Shown: positions 40,903 through 50,950 of the stretch, in pieces
How the letters are laid out: each line of letters begins with the position of its first letter
Numbering within the stretch: position 1 is the first letter of the stretch
Source of the DNA: a virus
Lineage: Duplodnaviria > Caudoviricetes
Reading direction: 5' to 3' (one strand)
Virus record (IMG/VR): IMGVR_UViG_3300028048_000069
Coordinates: 72,047-136,046 of that record
Length of the DNA: 64,000 bases
Notes under the pieces: generated by a model
The model's database searches: none
What the model was told of the DNA's origin: nothing
The model's input: the letters and a program-made list of their open reading frames with translations, nothing else
Program-made: the position numbers and the translations under genes

Positions 40903-41595
40903 ATGGACATCGTATATCCAGTTAAATCTACAAATGAAAATATAGAATTAAGATATAGTTTAAGGTCGTTACAAAATATACAGCACGACCGAGTTTTTAT
41001 TATTGGTGATTTACCTAATTTTGTGCAAAATGTTATACATATTCCTATAAAAAGTGTAAATTCTCGTTATGTTTCTACTACAAATAGTTTAAAAACAATA
41101 TGTTTAAATAAAGAAATTTCAGATAATTTTATATGGATGAATGATGATTTCTTTATATTAAAACTTATACAGCCTAGTGATTTATTATTAAATCGTGGTA
41201 AAATGAAAGATATTGTTAGTTACTATCACAAAATACACAATTCATTAACTCCATATGATAGAAATGTAGAAAATGCTTATAAAGAATTAAAATCTATGGG
41301 TTTTGAAGAGCCTATTAGTTTTGAACTACATTGTCCTATAATCATCAATAAATATAAGTTCCTAACCATTTCAGATAAGATTAAAACAGATGCTTTACAT
41401 TGTTGTAAACGCTCTCTATATGGAAATTATTATATCGGTAATAGTAATACTATAGAAGATATGAAAGTCCTTTCTAGCACTATTTTTGATGAAAAGAATT
41501 ATGATAGATTTATGAGTTGTTCTGAAAATACATTTAAAAAAGTAGAAGATTTTTTAAAAAAGAAGTTTCCTAATAAATGTATTTATGAAAAATAA
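40903..41595 (+). CDS. Stealth-family-like sugar-phosphotransferase / glycosyltransferase
   Basis: MDIVY, ELRYSLRSL, FIWMNDDFF, ELHCP, RSLYGN. Confidence 0.65.
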   Translation: MDIVYPVKSTNENIELRYSLRSLQNIQHDRVFIIGDLPNFVQNVIHIPIKSVNSRYVSTTNSLKTICLNKEISDNFIWMNDDFFILKLIQPSDLLLNRGKMKDIVSYYHKIHNSLTPYDRNVENAYKELKSMGFEEPISFELHCPIIINKYKFLTISDKIKTDALHCCKRSLYGNYYIGNSNTIEDMKVLSSTIFDEKNYDRFMSCSENTFKKVEDFLKKKFPNKCIYEK

Positions 41596-41600
41596 CTGTA

Positions 41601-41612
41601 TCATTTATATTT
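41601..41612 (+). promoter_or_regulatory. Putative late promoter TCATTTATATTT
   Basis: 24 nt upstream of the ATG at 41637. Confidence 0.7.
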
Positions 41613-41636
41613 TTATACTATAATATTGGAGTTTTT

Positions 41637-41909
41637 ATGCTATTAGAATCAGGAAAAATTTATAAAAGAAAATATTTCGCAGATAGTTATATGCTTCCTA
41701 CATTGGAAATAACTGGTTCTGCTCAAGTTTATGTAAGTAATAAAGGCGAAAAACCTACTTCTACTTCAGATATGAAATTAGAAGAGGGATTTGAAAACGA
41801 TAAAATCAATACAGTAATTGCTATGACAAGATGGATTTGTGCTGTATATTCAGATGGTAGTGAAGTATATGAAATGGGATTAGTAGAAAATCCTTATAAA
41901 AATAGTTAA
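41637..41909 (+). CDS. Small structural/hypothetical protein
   Basis: Late motif and GGAG SD; precedes a fibre gene. Confidence 0.5.
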   Translation: MLLESGKIYKRKYFADSYMLPTLEITGSAQVYVSNKGEKPTSTSDMKLEEGFENDKINTVIAMTRWICAVYSDGSEVYEMGLVENPYKNS

Positions 41910-41925
41910 GTAGGAGAACGATTTT

Positions 41926-43899
41926 ATGAGTAAATTAGTAATACCTGGTGTAATAGCACAATCTGGAAATGGTGGCGGTGGTGGAAGTGTAACTGTAGAT
42001 AGTGCGCTTTCCACAACGAGCGAAAACCCAGTACAAAACAAAGTTATTACAAATGCTTTAGAAAATGTTTACACGCAAGATAATTTGGTTGCTGGTACAA
42101 ATATCAGTATTACTGAAAATTCAACGGCTTACTATAATGTGAGCAATTTTAGTGGCTCAAATTATATAACATTAGCCGCTAATAAATTCGCAAAAAGAAG
42201 TTATGAGTGGTCTTTTACATTAAGAGTACAAACGCCCCCTGCTAGTGTTGGAAATATAAGTGGTAACTTTTTGGGTAGTCCTAGTCCTAACGGGTGGATG
42301 AGAATAGGTCTAGGAAGTTCTTGCGACACTAACAACGGGAAATGCAGATTTGCTTTAGGTCTTTCTACAAACGGAACGGGGTGGGACATAGGTTATGAAG
42401 TTCCTAGCACTTATGATTTGAGCTTGGAAACCTGGTATTGGCTAAAATTTAGCTACAATGGCTCAAATACTTATAAGCTACAAGTTTCCACAGACGGAGT
42501 TAATTTTACTGACTATATAACAAAAACTTACAGCGGTGCATTATATACAGGGTATAATAACTACCTTGTACAAATTGGGACAAACAGCTCGGCCGCTGAT
42601 GCATACAAAGGCATTGTAGATATGCGTGGCGTAAAAATAGTTGTAAACAATGTGATTACTTTTGACGGTAGCACAGCCGTAGCTGGTACTGATTTCACAG
42701 TAAACGGAAGTCCAACTATAAGTCAATCTAGCGGACAAACCTACTACCAAATCAATAATACACAACCTTCGCCTGATTTGTCTGCTTATTTACAGAACAC
42801 AGCCACTGGCTCTAATTCGCTTACTATTTTGGGAACGCCAACAACGCACCCAAATGTCATAAACATAGGTTACTCAAATAATACATCCACGTCGGAGAAC
42901 ACGGTTGCAATTGGAAATTCTGTAACAACTAATAATCATCAGTCTGTCGTTGTTGGACATTCTGCTAAATCTAATGGTGGAAGTGTTACAGTCGGATATT
43001 CAGCACAAAGTGATGCAATTAGTAGTGTAACAATCGGTAGTTACGCTGAAAGTAGTGGCTATTCATCAAGATATAAAATCGCTATAGGGGCGTATGCTTA
43101 CGCAACTCAGTCTAAAAGCATAGCCATAGGCGGTGGGGAAAGTAAGGCAGAAGCCGCGCAAGCAAAAGCTAATGAAGCTATCCAACTAGGTACTGGCTCA
43201 AATTCTACTGCCAAAACGCTACAAGTATATTCGTACCCTTTATTAGATGGTAATACGGGGAAGATACCTGCCGAGAGGTTGCCTGTCAAACATAGATTTT
43301 GTACAGAAGGGAAATGTAGTATAGATAAATCTGTAATCCCATGGCTTGAAACGAACCAGGCATTTGTGTTTACATTTAGTTTTAGGACACCCCCATTGAA
43401 AAACTTTGCAAATGGTCAGGCAATAGTTATAACTGGCAACACGCATTATGATATTGGGTTTGAACTTGTAATGGATTGGGAAGATGCTAGTGAAACTAAA
43501 GCAAGAATAGGAGTTGGCTTAACAACCGCAAACAGTTCCTGGAACTTGGGTTGGACCTGGTCGGAGTATTCATTAGAACCCTTAACGTGGTACAAAGTTA
43601 GATTAACGTATGATTTGACTAAATACACCGTTGAATATGCGCCTGACAATAGCGACAGTTGGACAACTATAAAAGAAGTAACATCTTCAGACAAACTGTA
43701 TTGCAACTCTGACATTTTCCTGACGCAACAAAGTAACAGTTCTACAAATGCAATATGGAAATATGGGGAAGTTGATATAAACAGTTTTAAGGCAACAAGT
43801 GGTAATACTACTTACATTGATGGAGTATATAGTTTACGGAACTTGATAACCTTGCCTACAAATTCTTCTCAAGTGAAAGAATATTACGAAATAGGGTAG
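41926..43899 (+). CDS. Receptor-binding fibre: two lectin/LamG-like modules flanking YadA-head repeats
   Basis: Poly-Gly linker, VDSALSTTSENPVQNKVI, W-rich beta-sandwich modules, AIG/VVG/TIG repeats. Confidence 0.75.
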   Translation: MSKLVIPGVIAQSGNGGGGGSVTVDSALSTTSENPVQNKVITNALENVYTQDNLVAGTNISITENSTAYYNVSNFSGSNYITLAANKFAKRSYEWSFTLRVQTPPASVGNISGNFLGSPSPNGWMRIGLGSSCDTNNGKCRFALGLSTNGTGWDIGYEVPSTYDLSLETWYWLKFSYNGSNTYKLQVSTDGVNFTDYITKTYSGALYTGYNNYLVQIGTNSSAADAYKGIVDMRGVKIVVNNVITFDGSTAVAGTDFTVNGSPTISQSSGQTYYQINNTQPSPDLSAYLQNTATGSNSLTILGTPTTHPNVINIGYSNNTSTSENTVAIGNSVTTNNHQSVVVGHSAKSNGGSVTVGYSAQSDAISSVTIGSYAESSGYSSRYKIAIGAYAYATQSKSIAIGGGESKAEAAQAKANEAIQLGTGSNSTAKTLQVYSYPLLDGNTGKIPAERLPVKHRFCTEGKCSIDKSVIPWLETNQAFVFTFSFRTPPLKNFANGQAIVITGNTHYDIGFELVMDWEDASETKARIGVGLTTANSSWNLGWTWSEYSLEPLTWYKVRLTYDLTKYTVEYAPDNSDSWTTIKEVTSSDKLYCNSDIFLTQQSNSSTNAIWKYGEVDINSFKATSGNTTYIDGVYSLRNLITLPTNSSQVKEYYEIG

Positions 43900-43906
43900 G
43901 TAGAAA

Positions 43907-44050
43907 ATGAACCTTGATATTGACACTATTTGGAAGATACTTGGGTTGGTCTTTGCCTGTGGGGATCTCGCTGGAGCGTGGGCAGATGTAACTGCAGGTT
44001 TTGGTGGAACTAATACAACTGTATTGTTCGATTTACCTGCTACAGAGTAG
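43907..44050 (+). pseudogene. Chimeric 47-codon mini-ORF (recombination scar)
   Basis: MNLDIDTIWKILGLVFACG (membrane-protein-like start) fused to DLAGAWADVTAGFGGTNTTVLFDLPATE*. Confidence 0.45.
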
Positions 44051-44075
44051 AAAATAAAAGAATTAAATGCAAGAT

Positions 44076-44110
44076 TACCTCTTCTGTATAATTATAGAAG
44101 AGGTATTTTT
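44076..44110 (+). terminator. Intrinsic terminator
   Basis: TACCTCTTCTGTA / TATAGAAGAGGTA followed by TTTTT. Confidence 0.8.
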
Positions 44111-44124
44111 ATTCATTATCATTA

Positions 44125-44136
44125 TCATTTATATTT
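44125..44136 (+). promoter_or_regulatory. Putative late promoter TCATTTATATTT
   Basis: 35 nt upstream of the ATG at 44172. Confidence 0.7.
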
Positions 44137-44171
44137 TTATAATAAATTTACAATAAAAATTAGGTGTTATA

Positions 44172-45122
44172 ATGGCATTAAGTGGTAAGAAAATTACAGA
44201 ATTAAATCCTATTTCTGATGTAACTAATAAAACAGTATTACCTACAGTTTATATTGATGATACATATACAGAGGCAACTGCTACAAAAGTTACTGTTCAA
44301 CAATTAAAAAATAATATATTAAATGGCGCAGTATTACAACCTAATATTATTACAGATACCGAATCTACATCTATTGAATTAAATAAGATTTTGGCAAATA
44401 CTATTTATCAGTATGGAACATTAAGTTCTTTAAGTATAACTACATTTGATACTTCTTATCAAGATTCATACATATACTTTAAAACAAGCGAAAATGGCTT
44501 TAATTTTAGTTTTTCTAATGCTAATTGGATAAATTTATATGAACCTAGTTTTAAACTAAATACAGACTATATTATCCATTTAAAAAATGGTGTATGTGTA
44601 TTAGAACAACCAGAAAATCCTATATTAAATATCGCTGCCACAGGCGGTAGTATAGCATTAACTACAAATACAGTAAATTCTATAACAATTACTGCTAATA
44701 CTACATTCGTACTGCCACAAACAGTAAATAACAATATTTTAAATAAAATAATTCTTCAAATTAAAATAACTGGAACCCAAACAATCGATTGGGGAACAAC
44801 TCATTATTTAGTAGATAGTTTTACTCTTACTCCAGGTACTTATGATATTGTTTATGAATATGATTCATTGAATAGTTATTGGAAAGTAGGGCTATTATAT
44901 AGTATGGGCGGCGGGGGCGGTGTAGCCCCTAACCTTACTTGGTACACAAACGTAACTGGTACGACCGTAACAATATCTGATACGAGTTCAGTCACTTTAG
45001 TAAAGATTTACAAGAATGGTCTTTTGTTACAACCGACAGAAGATTATACAATTAGCGGTACTATGCTCACGCTTGTTACTGCCTTAGTGAGCACAGACAA
45101 AATTACTGTGGAGGTTTTCTAG
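44172..45122 (+). CDS. Tail/virion fibre adaptor protein
   Basis: KKITELN...TKVTVQQLK N-terminus; module shared with 37006; GGGGG linker; KNGLLLQPTEDYTISG. Confidence 0.65.
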   Translation: MALSGKKITELNPISDVTNKTVLPTVYIDDTYTEATATKVTVQQLKNNILNGAVLQPNIITDTESTSIELNKILANTIYQYGTLSSLSITTFDTSYQDSYIYFKTSENGFNFSFSNANWINLYEPSFKLNTDYIIHLKNGVCVLEQPENPILNIAATGGSIALTTNTVNSITITANTTFVLPQTVNNNILNKIILQIKITGTQTIDWGTTHYLVDSFTLTPGTYDIVYEYDSLNSYWKVGLLYSMGGGGGVAPNLTWYTNVTGTTVTISDTSSVTLVKIYKNGLLLQPTEDYTISGTMLTLVTALVSTDKITVEVF

Positions 45123-45123
45123 T

Positions 45124-47478
45124 ATGGCAGAAACAGTTATCAACAAAAATCAAGCAGGTAGTGGAATTTGGACTAATGATACTCTTACGGCTGGGAACAA
45201 TATAGAAATTAGCAATGCGGTTGATTCTACGAATTACTATCTATTTGGGAATGCCACTGTTAGTTCGCAAGGAATCCTTAGTGGTTGCAGTAGTTATAGT
45301 GGTTTAAGATTGCCTTTTTATTTTTCTCCTGCTTCTTATGATACCTGGGAATGGCAGTGGAAGGTAACATATTCTACTTCTAGCACTACACAACGTATTT
45401 GTGGAACAGGCAATAATACTTCCGTAGCACAAATGACTATTGGTATCGATAGCCACAAACTAATTGCGTGGCTTAGTTCCACTGGCTCGTCTTGGGACGT
45501 CGCAAGTGGAACGGCTGGTACGACTACTCTAGCAGATGACACTGTATATTATGTAAGAGCAAAATTTACTGGCACACAATACGTCATTTCTCTAAAGACA
45601 GAAGGGGGAGAGTACGTAGATGAAATAACAGTAGATAGTACCACAAAACTTTTCAACAGTAATTCTGGGTTTATGATTGGTACTGCAGAATATAGCCATG
45701 GGTTTGCGGGCACTATAGACCTTAATGGCTGCCAATTAAAATCGAATGATACTATTATATGGAAAGGGGTTCCTGACTCTCAAGATTCTGACGAATACCA
45801 CATAAACGCAAGTGGTGTTTATAGCAGAACAAATTTGCTCGGTGGCGCGAATGTAACGATAAGCCAAGTGCAAAAACCTGCTATAACAAGCAATGTGGAA
45901 AGATTGTACCACTTTGACAACAATGCAAAAGAGGTAATACAAGACACTCCTCTCACGTTCGTTAATTATTTCAAGACCTCTTATGTAAGTGGAAAATTCG
46001 GACAAGGAATAAATGTAAAATCTACTACTACAAGTAGTTCTTCTATAAATATAGGGAGTTTTCACGATACAACCAGTACAGATTTTACTTATGACGTTTG
46101 GTTGAAGCCAACTAGCAGTGATAGCACGAATGCTGCTTTATGGACTCGTTATAATAATAATTATGGCGCTGAATCCATAGAATTTAATAACCCCTCCAAC
46201 TCTGGTCTTATTAAAATATCTACTTATTTGGACGGCGTGGGCGGAAGCAGCAAAACTCAAGTAGAATGGCCTGTTAGCATAACCTGGGGGGATTGGTTCC
46301 ACGTGGCCTATGTGAACGACGCAACCCATAGCAAAGTATATTTATTCGTAAATGGGAAGAAAGCATACGAGGCAACAAGAACCACATCTTATAGTTTGGC
46401 CCCTTCTCTTTGTGCTTATGGGAGTGGTGCAAATGCAGGAACAAGTTATGATGAATTTAGGGTAACACTCGCTGCTGTTTGGACTTCCGACTTCACTCCT
46501 TTCACTGAGCCATATAGCGCAAGCGATTCCGAAACGCAATATGCCATTAATGGTCCTGTAGCTGGAGATAATATCGATATAACTGACGGAGTGATTAGTG
46601 TCACTGGAGGTTATACTTCTACTAACTTGATTGCTGGTAAAAACATTCAGATACAGAATAAAAACTTATCAGAATATATTGTAAGCAATTTCTCTACTAA
46701 CAATTACGCAAGTATAAGTGGAACAAAATTTACTGGCAAATCTAATCCCTGGAATATCATTCTAAAAGTCAAAACTCCATTATCGACTGACGCTAATGCT
46801 GGGAATATATTTCTAGGGTCAACTAGAACAGGGTCCTACTCGTACTATTCTGTGGGTATATCCGCCCAAATGACATTGTCAGGAACAAAATGGGGCGTCG
46901 GGTTTGGATTGAGTAGCAACGGAACTTCCTGGAACATTTCCTGGGTAGCAGAGCCGTCTTATCCGCTTAATTCAGATTCTTGGTACTATCTAAAGTTTAG
47001 TTATAACGGCTCTAATCTTTATAAGTTACAAATATCCGACGACGGAGAAACTTATACAGATTATAGTTCTTATGAATCCTCTACTGCTCTGTATTACAGC
47101 AGTTCTTATTCTATTGCTTTAGGAAAAACTGGCAACGATAATAGAGTGTTTAATGGCTCCATAGATATAAGAGGTTGCTCTATTGCTGCCAATGGCTCTA
47201 ATACATTCAACGGTGCTACTGCAGTAAGGCCTACTGATTTTGACTTGCATGGCGCTGTAACAGTACAAAAAACAAACGGCTATGTTTCGCTAATAAATAA
47301 CACGATTGACCCGTTGCCTTCACAAACTGGTAACACTGGAAAGTTCTTAACGACTGACGGGACAAGTACAAGTTGGGCGCAAGCAGGGCAAGATTTAACC
47401 TCTGTCAGTGGATACAGTTCTTATGGTACGCAAGTATTAAAGAACATAAACGGTGTATTGACTTGGGTTAATGAATAA
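45124..47478 (+). CDS. Multi-lectin (LamG/ConA-like) receptor-binding protein
   Basis: Three beta-sandwich modules separated by L.AG.NI.I linkers; LYHFD...GKFG...DFTYDVW...WFHVA...YLFVNG...DEFRV (LamG); LPSQTGNTGKFLTTDG. Confidence 0.8.
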   Translation: MAETVINKNQAGSGIWTNDTLTAGNNIEISNAVDSTNYYLFGNATVSSQGILSGCSSYSGLRLPFYFSPASYDTWEWQWKVTYSTSSTTQRICGTGNNTSVAQMTIGIDSHKLIAWLSSTGSSWDVASGTAGTTTLADDTVYYVRAKFTGTQYVISLKTEGGEYVDEITVDSTTKLFNSNSGFMIGTAEYSHGFAGTIDLNGCQLKSNDTIIWKGVPDSQDSDEYHINASGVYSRTNLLGGANVTISQVQKPAITSNVERLYHFDNNAKEVIQDTPLTFVNYFKTSYVSGKFGQGINVKSTTTSSSSINIGSFHDTTSTDFTYDVWLKPTSSDSTNAALWTRYNNNYGAESIEFNNPSNSGLIKISTYLDGVGGSSKTQVEWPVSITWGDWFHVAYVNDATHSKVYLFVNGKKAYEATRTTSYSLAPSLCAYGSGANAGTSYDEFRVTLAAVWTSDFTPFTEPYSASDSETQYAINGPVAGDNIDITDGVISVTGGYTSTNLIAGKNIQIQNKNLSEYIVSNFSTNNYASISGTKFTGKSNPWNIILKVKTPLSTDANAGNIFLGSTRTGSYSYYSVGISAQMTLSGTKWGVGFGLSSNGTSWNISWVAEPSYPLNSDSWYYLKFSYNGSNLYKLQISDDGETYTDYSSYESSTALYYSSSYSIALGKTGNDNRVFNGSIDIRGCSIAANGSNTFNGATAVRPTDFDLHGAVTVQKTNGYVSLINNTIDPLPSQTGNTGKFLTTDGTSTSWAQAGQDLTSVSGYSSYGTQVLKNINGVLTWVNE

Positions 47479-47488
47479 TAAGTAATAA

Positions 47489-47578
47489 ATGAGCATTTAT
47501 TTAGGCGATAAAAAAGAAGAAAGAATAATTTACTTTTCTGATAACTTTGTAAATGATATGATAGTAATATGTCAATAA
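47489..47578 (+). pseudogene. Chimeric 29-codon mini-ORF (recombination scar)
   Basis: MSIYLGDKK (fibre-gene-like start) fused to AT-rich EERIIYFSDNFVNDMIVICQ*. Confidence 0.4.
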
Positions 47579-47589
47579 ATATAAAATAA

Positions 47590-48873
47590 ATGATTACTTA
47601 CAATAACAAAAATATATTAAAATCCTTTATAGGAAATAAAAGAGTAATTAAAAAATACTTAAACAATAAAATTGTTTATGGTATTCCTGATTTTGCTCAA
47701 TATTATAATATACAAGGTTATGATAATTATAAAGTTGTAGGTAATCCTACTATTGTAGATGGAGTGGCTAGTGATTTCACCCTGCAAGATAGAATAATTA
47801 CATCTCAAAATGCTCCTACGGATGATATTACAAAATATAGTTTCCATATAAAATTCAAAATTGGAACAATAGGAACTTCTCAAAGCGTTTTAACATACAC
47901 AAGTTCAAACAGAGAAGGAGTGACAATATCTAATAAAGGAGTGCTTCGTTGGCTAATTGGGAGAGTAAGCGGTACAACAGGAGATGCTACAATAAATTCG
48001 CCCGTTTCCATATCACAAGGAGATGAGATTTTAGCAGAAGGGTTTTATAAGGGAAACAATACTTTTGCATTTAGAGTATCAAAAGACGGAGGACAAACTT
48101 GGGCAGAAAGTACCCATACAAGAGATACATCAACCCTAACGCCAGTTAGCACAAATTTGCCTTTTTATATTGGTACTTGGTCTAATAACGCAAGTTATGG
48201 ATATCCATTTAATGGTTCAATAGACCTAAAAGAAACATACATCAAAGCCAATGGCAAGTATTGGTTTAATGGAAATTCAAATTATAAAGAATTGTTAGAT
48301 TGTAATCCTAATGTTTATTTACAAAGTAGTGGAACTCAATATATTGATAGTGGTATCTATGCTAATAGTAATCTTTCTAATGAATTGGTTATAAATTTTA
48401 ATGGAAATAATGGACAACGTTTGTTCGGCGCACGTAAAGCATATCTACAAGATGCTTTCGCTTTATTCTATTCAAATATGTTAGCATTTACCTATGGAAC
48501 TTCAGATTTTGGTTATACTATTCCATTTACAAAAAATATCAAAAATACTATTTATAGAAATAAAAATAAAGTATTTTTAAACGGTGAGTTAGTACAAACT
48601 GATACAGAACAAAGTTTTACAACAAATTATCCATTGTATTTATTTACAGTAAATCAAAATGGTTCTGTATTAACACCGAATGCCTCTTCTACAAAAATTT
48701 ATTTAAGTAAAATTTGGAATAATGAAGAACTTGTTCAATATTTAGTACCTGTACCAGAAGGACTACAAATAGGAAGTTATAAAGTTCCTTCAAATGGTAT
48801 GTTTGATATAGTAGAACAAAAATTTTATGCCAATTCTGGAAGTGGAGAATTTATTTGGGGAGTAGATTTATGA
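47590..48873 (+). CDS. Lectin-like virion/tail protein
   Basis: FNGSIDLKETYI module like those in 45124; YLQSSGTQYIDSG...GMFDIVEQKFYANSGSGEF module. Confidence 0.7.
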   Translation: MITYNNKNILKSFIGNKRVIKKYLNNKIVYGIPDFAQYYNIQGYDNYKVVGNPTIVDGVASDFTLQDRIITSQNAPTDDITKYSFHIKFKIGTIGTSQSVLTYTSSNREGVTISNKGVLRWLIGRVSGTTGDATINSPVSISQGDEILAEGFYKGNNTFAFRVSKDGGQTWAESTHTRDTSTLTPVSTNLPFYIGTWSNNASYGYPFNGSIDLKETYIKANGKYWFNGNSNYKELLDCNPNVYLQSSGTQYIDSGIYANSNLSNELVINFNGNNGQRLFGARKAYLQDAFALFYSNMLAFTYGTSDFGYTIPFTKNIKNTIYRNKNKVFLNGELVQTDTEQSFTTNYPLYLFTVNQNGSVLTPNASSTKIYLSKIWNNEELVQYLVPVPEGLQIGSYKVPSNGMFDIVEQKFYANSGSGEFIWGVDL

Positions 48874-49202
48874 TTAAGTTTATAAAAGATGTTATAAATT
48901 TATTACAGAAAATAGTAATAGCAATCCTTGAAGCAAATTTAAGTTTATTTGAGGACTTAAAAAGTTTTAGAAATAAACTAGTGTTCTTTACTTGTTTATT
49001 AGTAGTGTTAATTATATTACTTGATAGAGATTATAGAGTAATGTTAGCAGCACTCGGTTTATTTGAGTTCTTTATATGTTATTATTTCAATAATAGAAAA
49101 ATTAAAGAGCCAACAATCGTCGAGAAAATAACTAAAAATTTAAATACTACAGAAACTCCTTATAGTAACTATAATAACGATAGCGAGCAATACCACGACT
49201 AA
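48870..49202 (+). CDS. Two-TM membrane protein (holin candidate)
   Basis: Two hydrophobic helices and a charged C-terminus; follows the fibre cluster. Confidence 0.4.
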   Translation: MIKFIKDVINLLQKIVIAILEANLSLFEDLKSFRNKLVFFTCLLVVLIILLDRDYRVMLAALGLFEFFICYYFNNRKIKEPTIVEKITKNLNTTETPYSNYNNDSEQYHD

Positions 49203-49222
49203 TAATTATTAAAATCTTATAT

Positions 49223-49251
49223 AATAACCGCCTAAAATGGCGGTTATTTTT
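49223..49251 (+). terminator. Intrinsic terminator
   Basis: AATAACCGCC-TAAAAT-GGCGGTTATT-TTT. Confidence 0.8.
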
Positions 49252-49264
49252 ATGAATAAAATTA

Positions 49265-49293
49265 TTTACTTTTTTACAAAAATGTTATATAAT
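49265..49293 (+). promoter_or_regulatory. sigma70-like promoter TTTACT-N17-TATAAT
   Basis: 17 bp spacer; AAGGAGGT SD before the ATG at 49325. Confidence 0.7.
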
Positions 49294-49324
49294 ATAATTG
49301 TAAGGTAAATACAAGGAGGTAGTT

Positions 49325-49879
49325 ATGATTAGATGTATGCTTTGTAAAAAAGATTTATGTTATGGTCGTTCAATCAACTTTTGTAGCAGGAAATGTGTTA
49401 AAAGATTTAAAAGAAATAGATTATGGAGAAAGATCAAATCTTTTATTAAATCAATTGGAGAGTTCTTACTTTCAATGCTAGTTTTGGGTAGCATTTATTT
49501 GTTTTTTAATTTTTTAATCTGGGCAATTGAAACATATGTAAATTAGTATAATATGAATAAAGGAGAATACAATATGTGCATGCGTGAACCTACAAATAGA
49601 GAATTATTATATGATATTAGACAGTTACTTTATAAGTTAGTATATGGTAATGAGGCCGAAGGAATAGAACCGATAAGTAAGAAATCGGATATAGATAAAT
49701 ATGCTTCATTAGTACTCAAAATCAATTTATTGGAAACTGAAATTAATATGATAAAACAAAGAATTTCAGTACCGACACCATATTATAAACCAACTATATT
49801 TGATGAAAATTATGTTGGTAAACTACCTAGCATTTCTAAAGAATTTGTGAGCGAAAATAAATCCAAGAAAGATAAATAA
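49325..49879 (+). other. Two hypothetical ORFs (49325-49546, Zn plus TM; 49553-49879)
   Basis: Early-type island inside the late region. Confidence 0.5.
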
Positions 49880-49882
49880 ATT

Positions 49883-49894
49883 TCATTTATATTT
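49883..49894 (+). promoter_or_regulatory. Putative late promoter TCATTTATATTT
   Basis: 39 nt upstream of the ATG at 49934. Confidence 0.7.
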
Positions 49895-49933
49895 TTATAG
49901 AAAGATTTTATCATTTAAGGAATTAAAATTAAA

Positions 49934-50203
49934 ATGGCTTCTCAAATTAAAGAAAATACATCTTTTGTATTGAATGTAGTAAAACTAGCATCCATTGTAA
50001 TCGCTTGTATAGCAGCGGTTACATTTTTTATTTACGAAACACAAGGGTTACCGCCTAGAGTAAGTAAATTAGAAACAGACTTATCGAAAACTAATCAAAA
50101 GATTAGTGAAATGCAAACGGAGATGAGTAAATCGTCGGTAAAGCAAGATATTATGCTAGAAGATTTGAAGATTATTAAAATGCATTTATTACATAATAAC
50201 TAG
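49934..50203 (+). CDS. TM plus coiled-coil protein (lysis-associated candidate)
   Basis: One TM helix followed by heptads. Confidence 0.45.
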   Translation: MASQIKENTSFVLNVVKLASIVIACIAAVTFFIYETQGLPPRVSKLETDLSKTNQKISEMQTEMSKSSVKQDIMLEDLKIIKMHLLHNN

Positions 50204-50213
50204 GAGATTAATT

Positions 50214-50447
50214 ATGAAAAAAGTATGGGATAAAATTGTAGAAGTTTTGAAAGTTATTTGGAATGGAATTAAAACAATTTGTTCTTGGTTCTTCAAAATT
50301 TTTAATACGAAAGAAAAATTGGCAGCCATTTTATTAACAGTTTATATTTGGCATAGTTTACCAGTAAATGTTGGTTTGAAAATTCAAGTATTTTCGCTCT
50401 TCTTTATTTTGGGTGTATTACTTTTAGATATTAAGGAAGATAAGTAA
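50214..50447 (+). CDS. Small membrane protein (holin candidate)
   Basis: Amphipathic N-terminus and two short TM segments. Confidence 0.4.
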   Translation: MKKVWDKIVEVLKVIWNGIKTICSWFFKIFNTKEKLAAILLTVYIWHSLPVNVGLKIQVFSLFFILGVLLLDIKEDK

Positions 50448-50950
50448 TGAAGTTTATTAGAGTATTAAAAGCAGGTCGTGGCGCAGGATTAACACTTACC
50501 AATTTTGAATTAAAATTTACAGAGCCAATCAAACTCACAAATGGTTATAGAGGTGAGGTAAATCCTAATTCCATAAAGATTGTTTCATTCGATGTTTATG
50601 ATTCTGATGAAAATCTTATAGGAAATTTTGGTGAAGATATGGCTTCAGTTGTAGATGCCGAACTTAATTTTGGATATACAATTAAAGAACCAATAGAAAA
50701 TGGAGATAACCCAATAAAAGTGGACACTCTTATTCAAAATGAACCTATAGAAGAATATATTGGTAAAGGCCAATGGACTTATGAATATTTAAAGAAAGAT
50801 AATATATATGAAGTTCATTCAGATGGGTGTGTTATGTGCTTTGATTATGGCTATACCGCTGACTTGTCGATTTGGCTTAAAATAAAATTAGATGGTGCTA
50901 ATTTACTGAATATTTTGAACGAACAGGACGGATATGTAGATGAAATTTAA
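50447..50950 (+). CDS. Leader-tagged protein 5
   Basis: MKFIRVLKAG. Confidence 0.6.
   Translation: MKFIRVLKAGRGAGLTLTNFELKFTEPIKLTNGYRGEVNPNSIKIVSFDVYDSDENLIGNFGEDMASVVDAELNFGYTIKEPIENGDNPIKVDTLIQNEPIEEYIGKGQWTYEYLKKDNIYEVHSDGCVMCFDYGYTADLSIWLKIKLDGANLLNILNEQDGYVDEI

Noticed and set aside
41926-48873. Diversity-generating retroelement or invertase shufflon acting on fibres
   Set aside because: No reverse transcriptase or recombinase is in the window, no near-identical template/variable repeat pair differing at adenines was seen, and there are no inverted cassettes.
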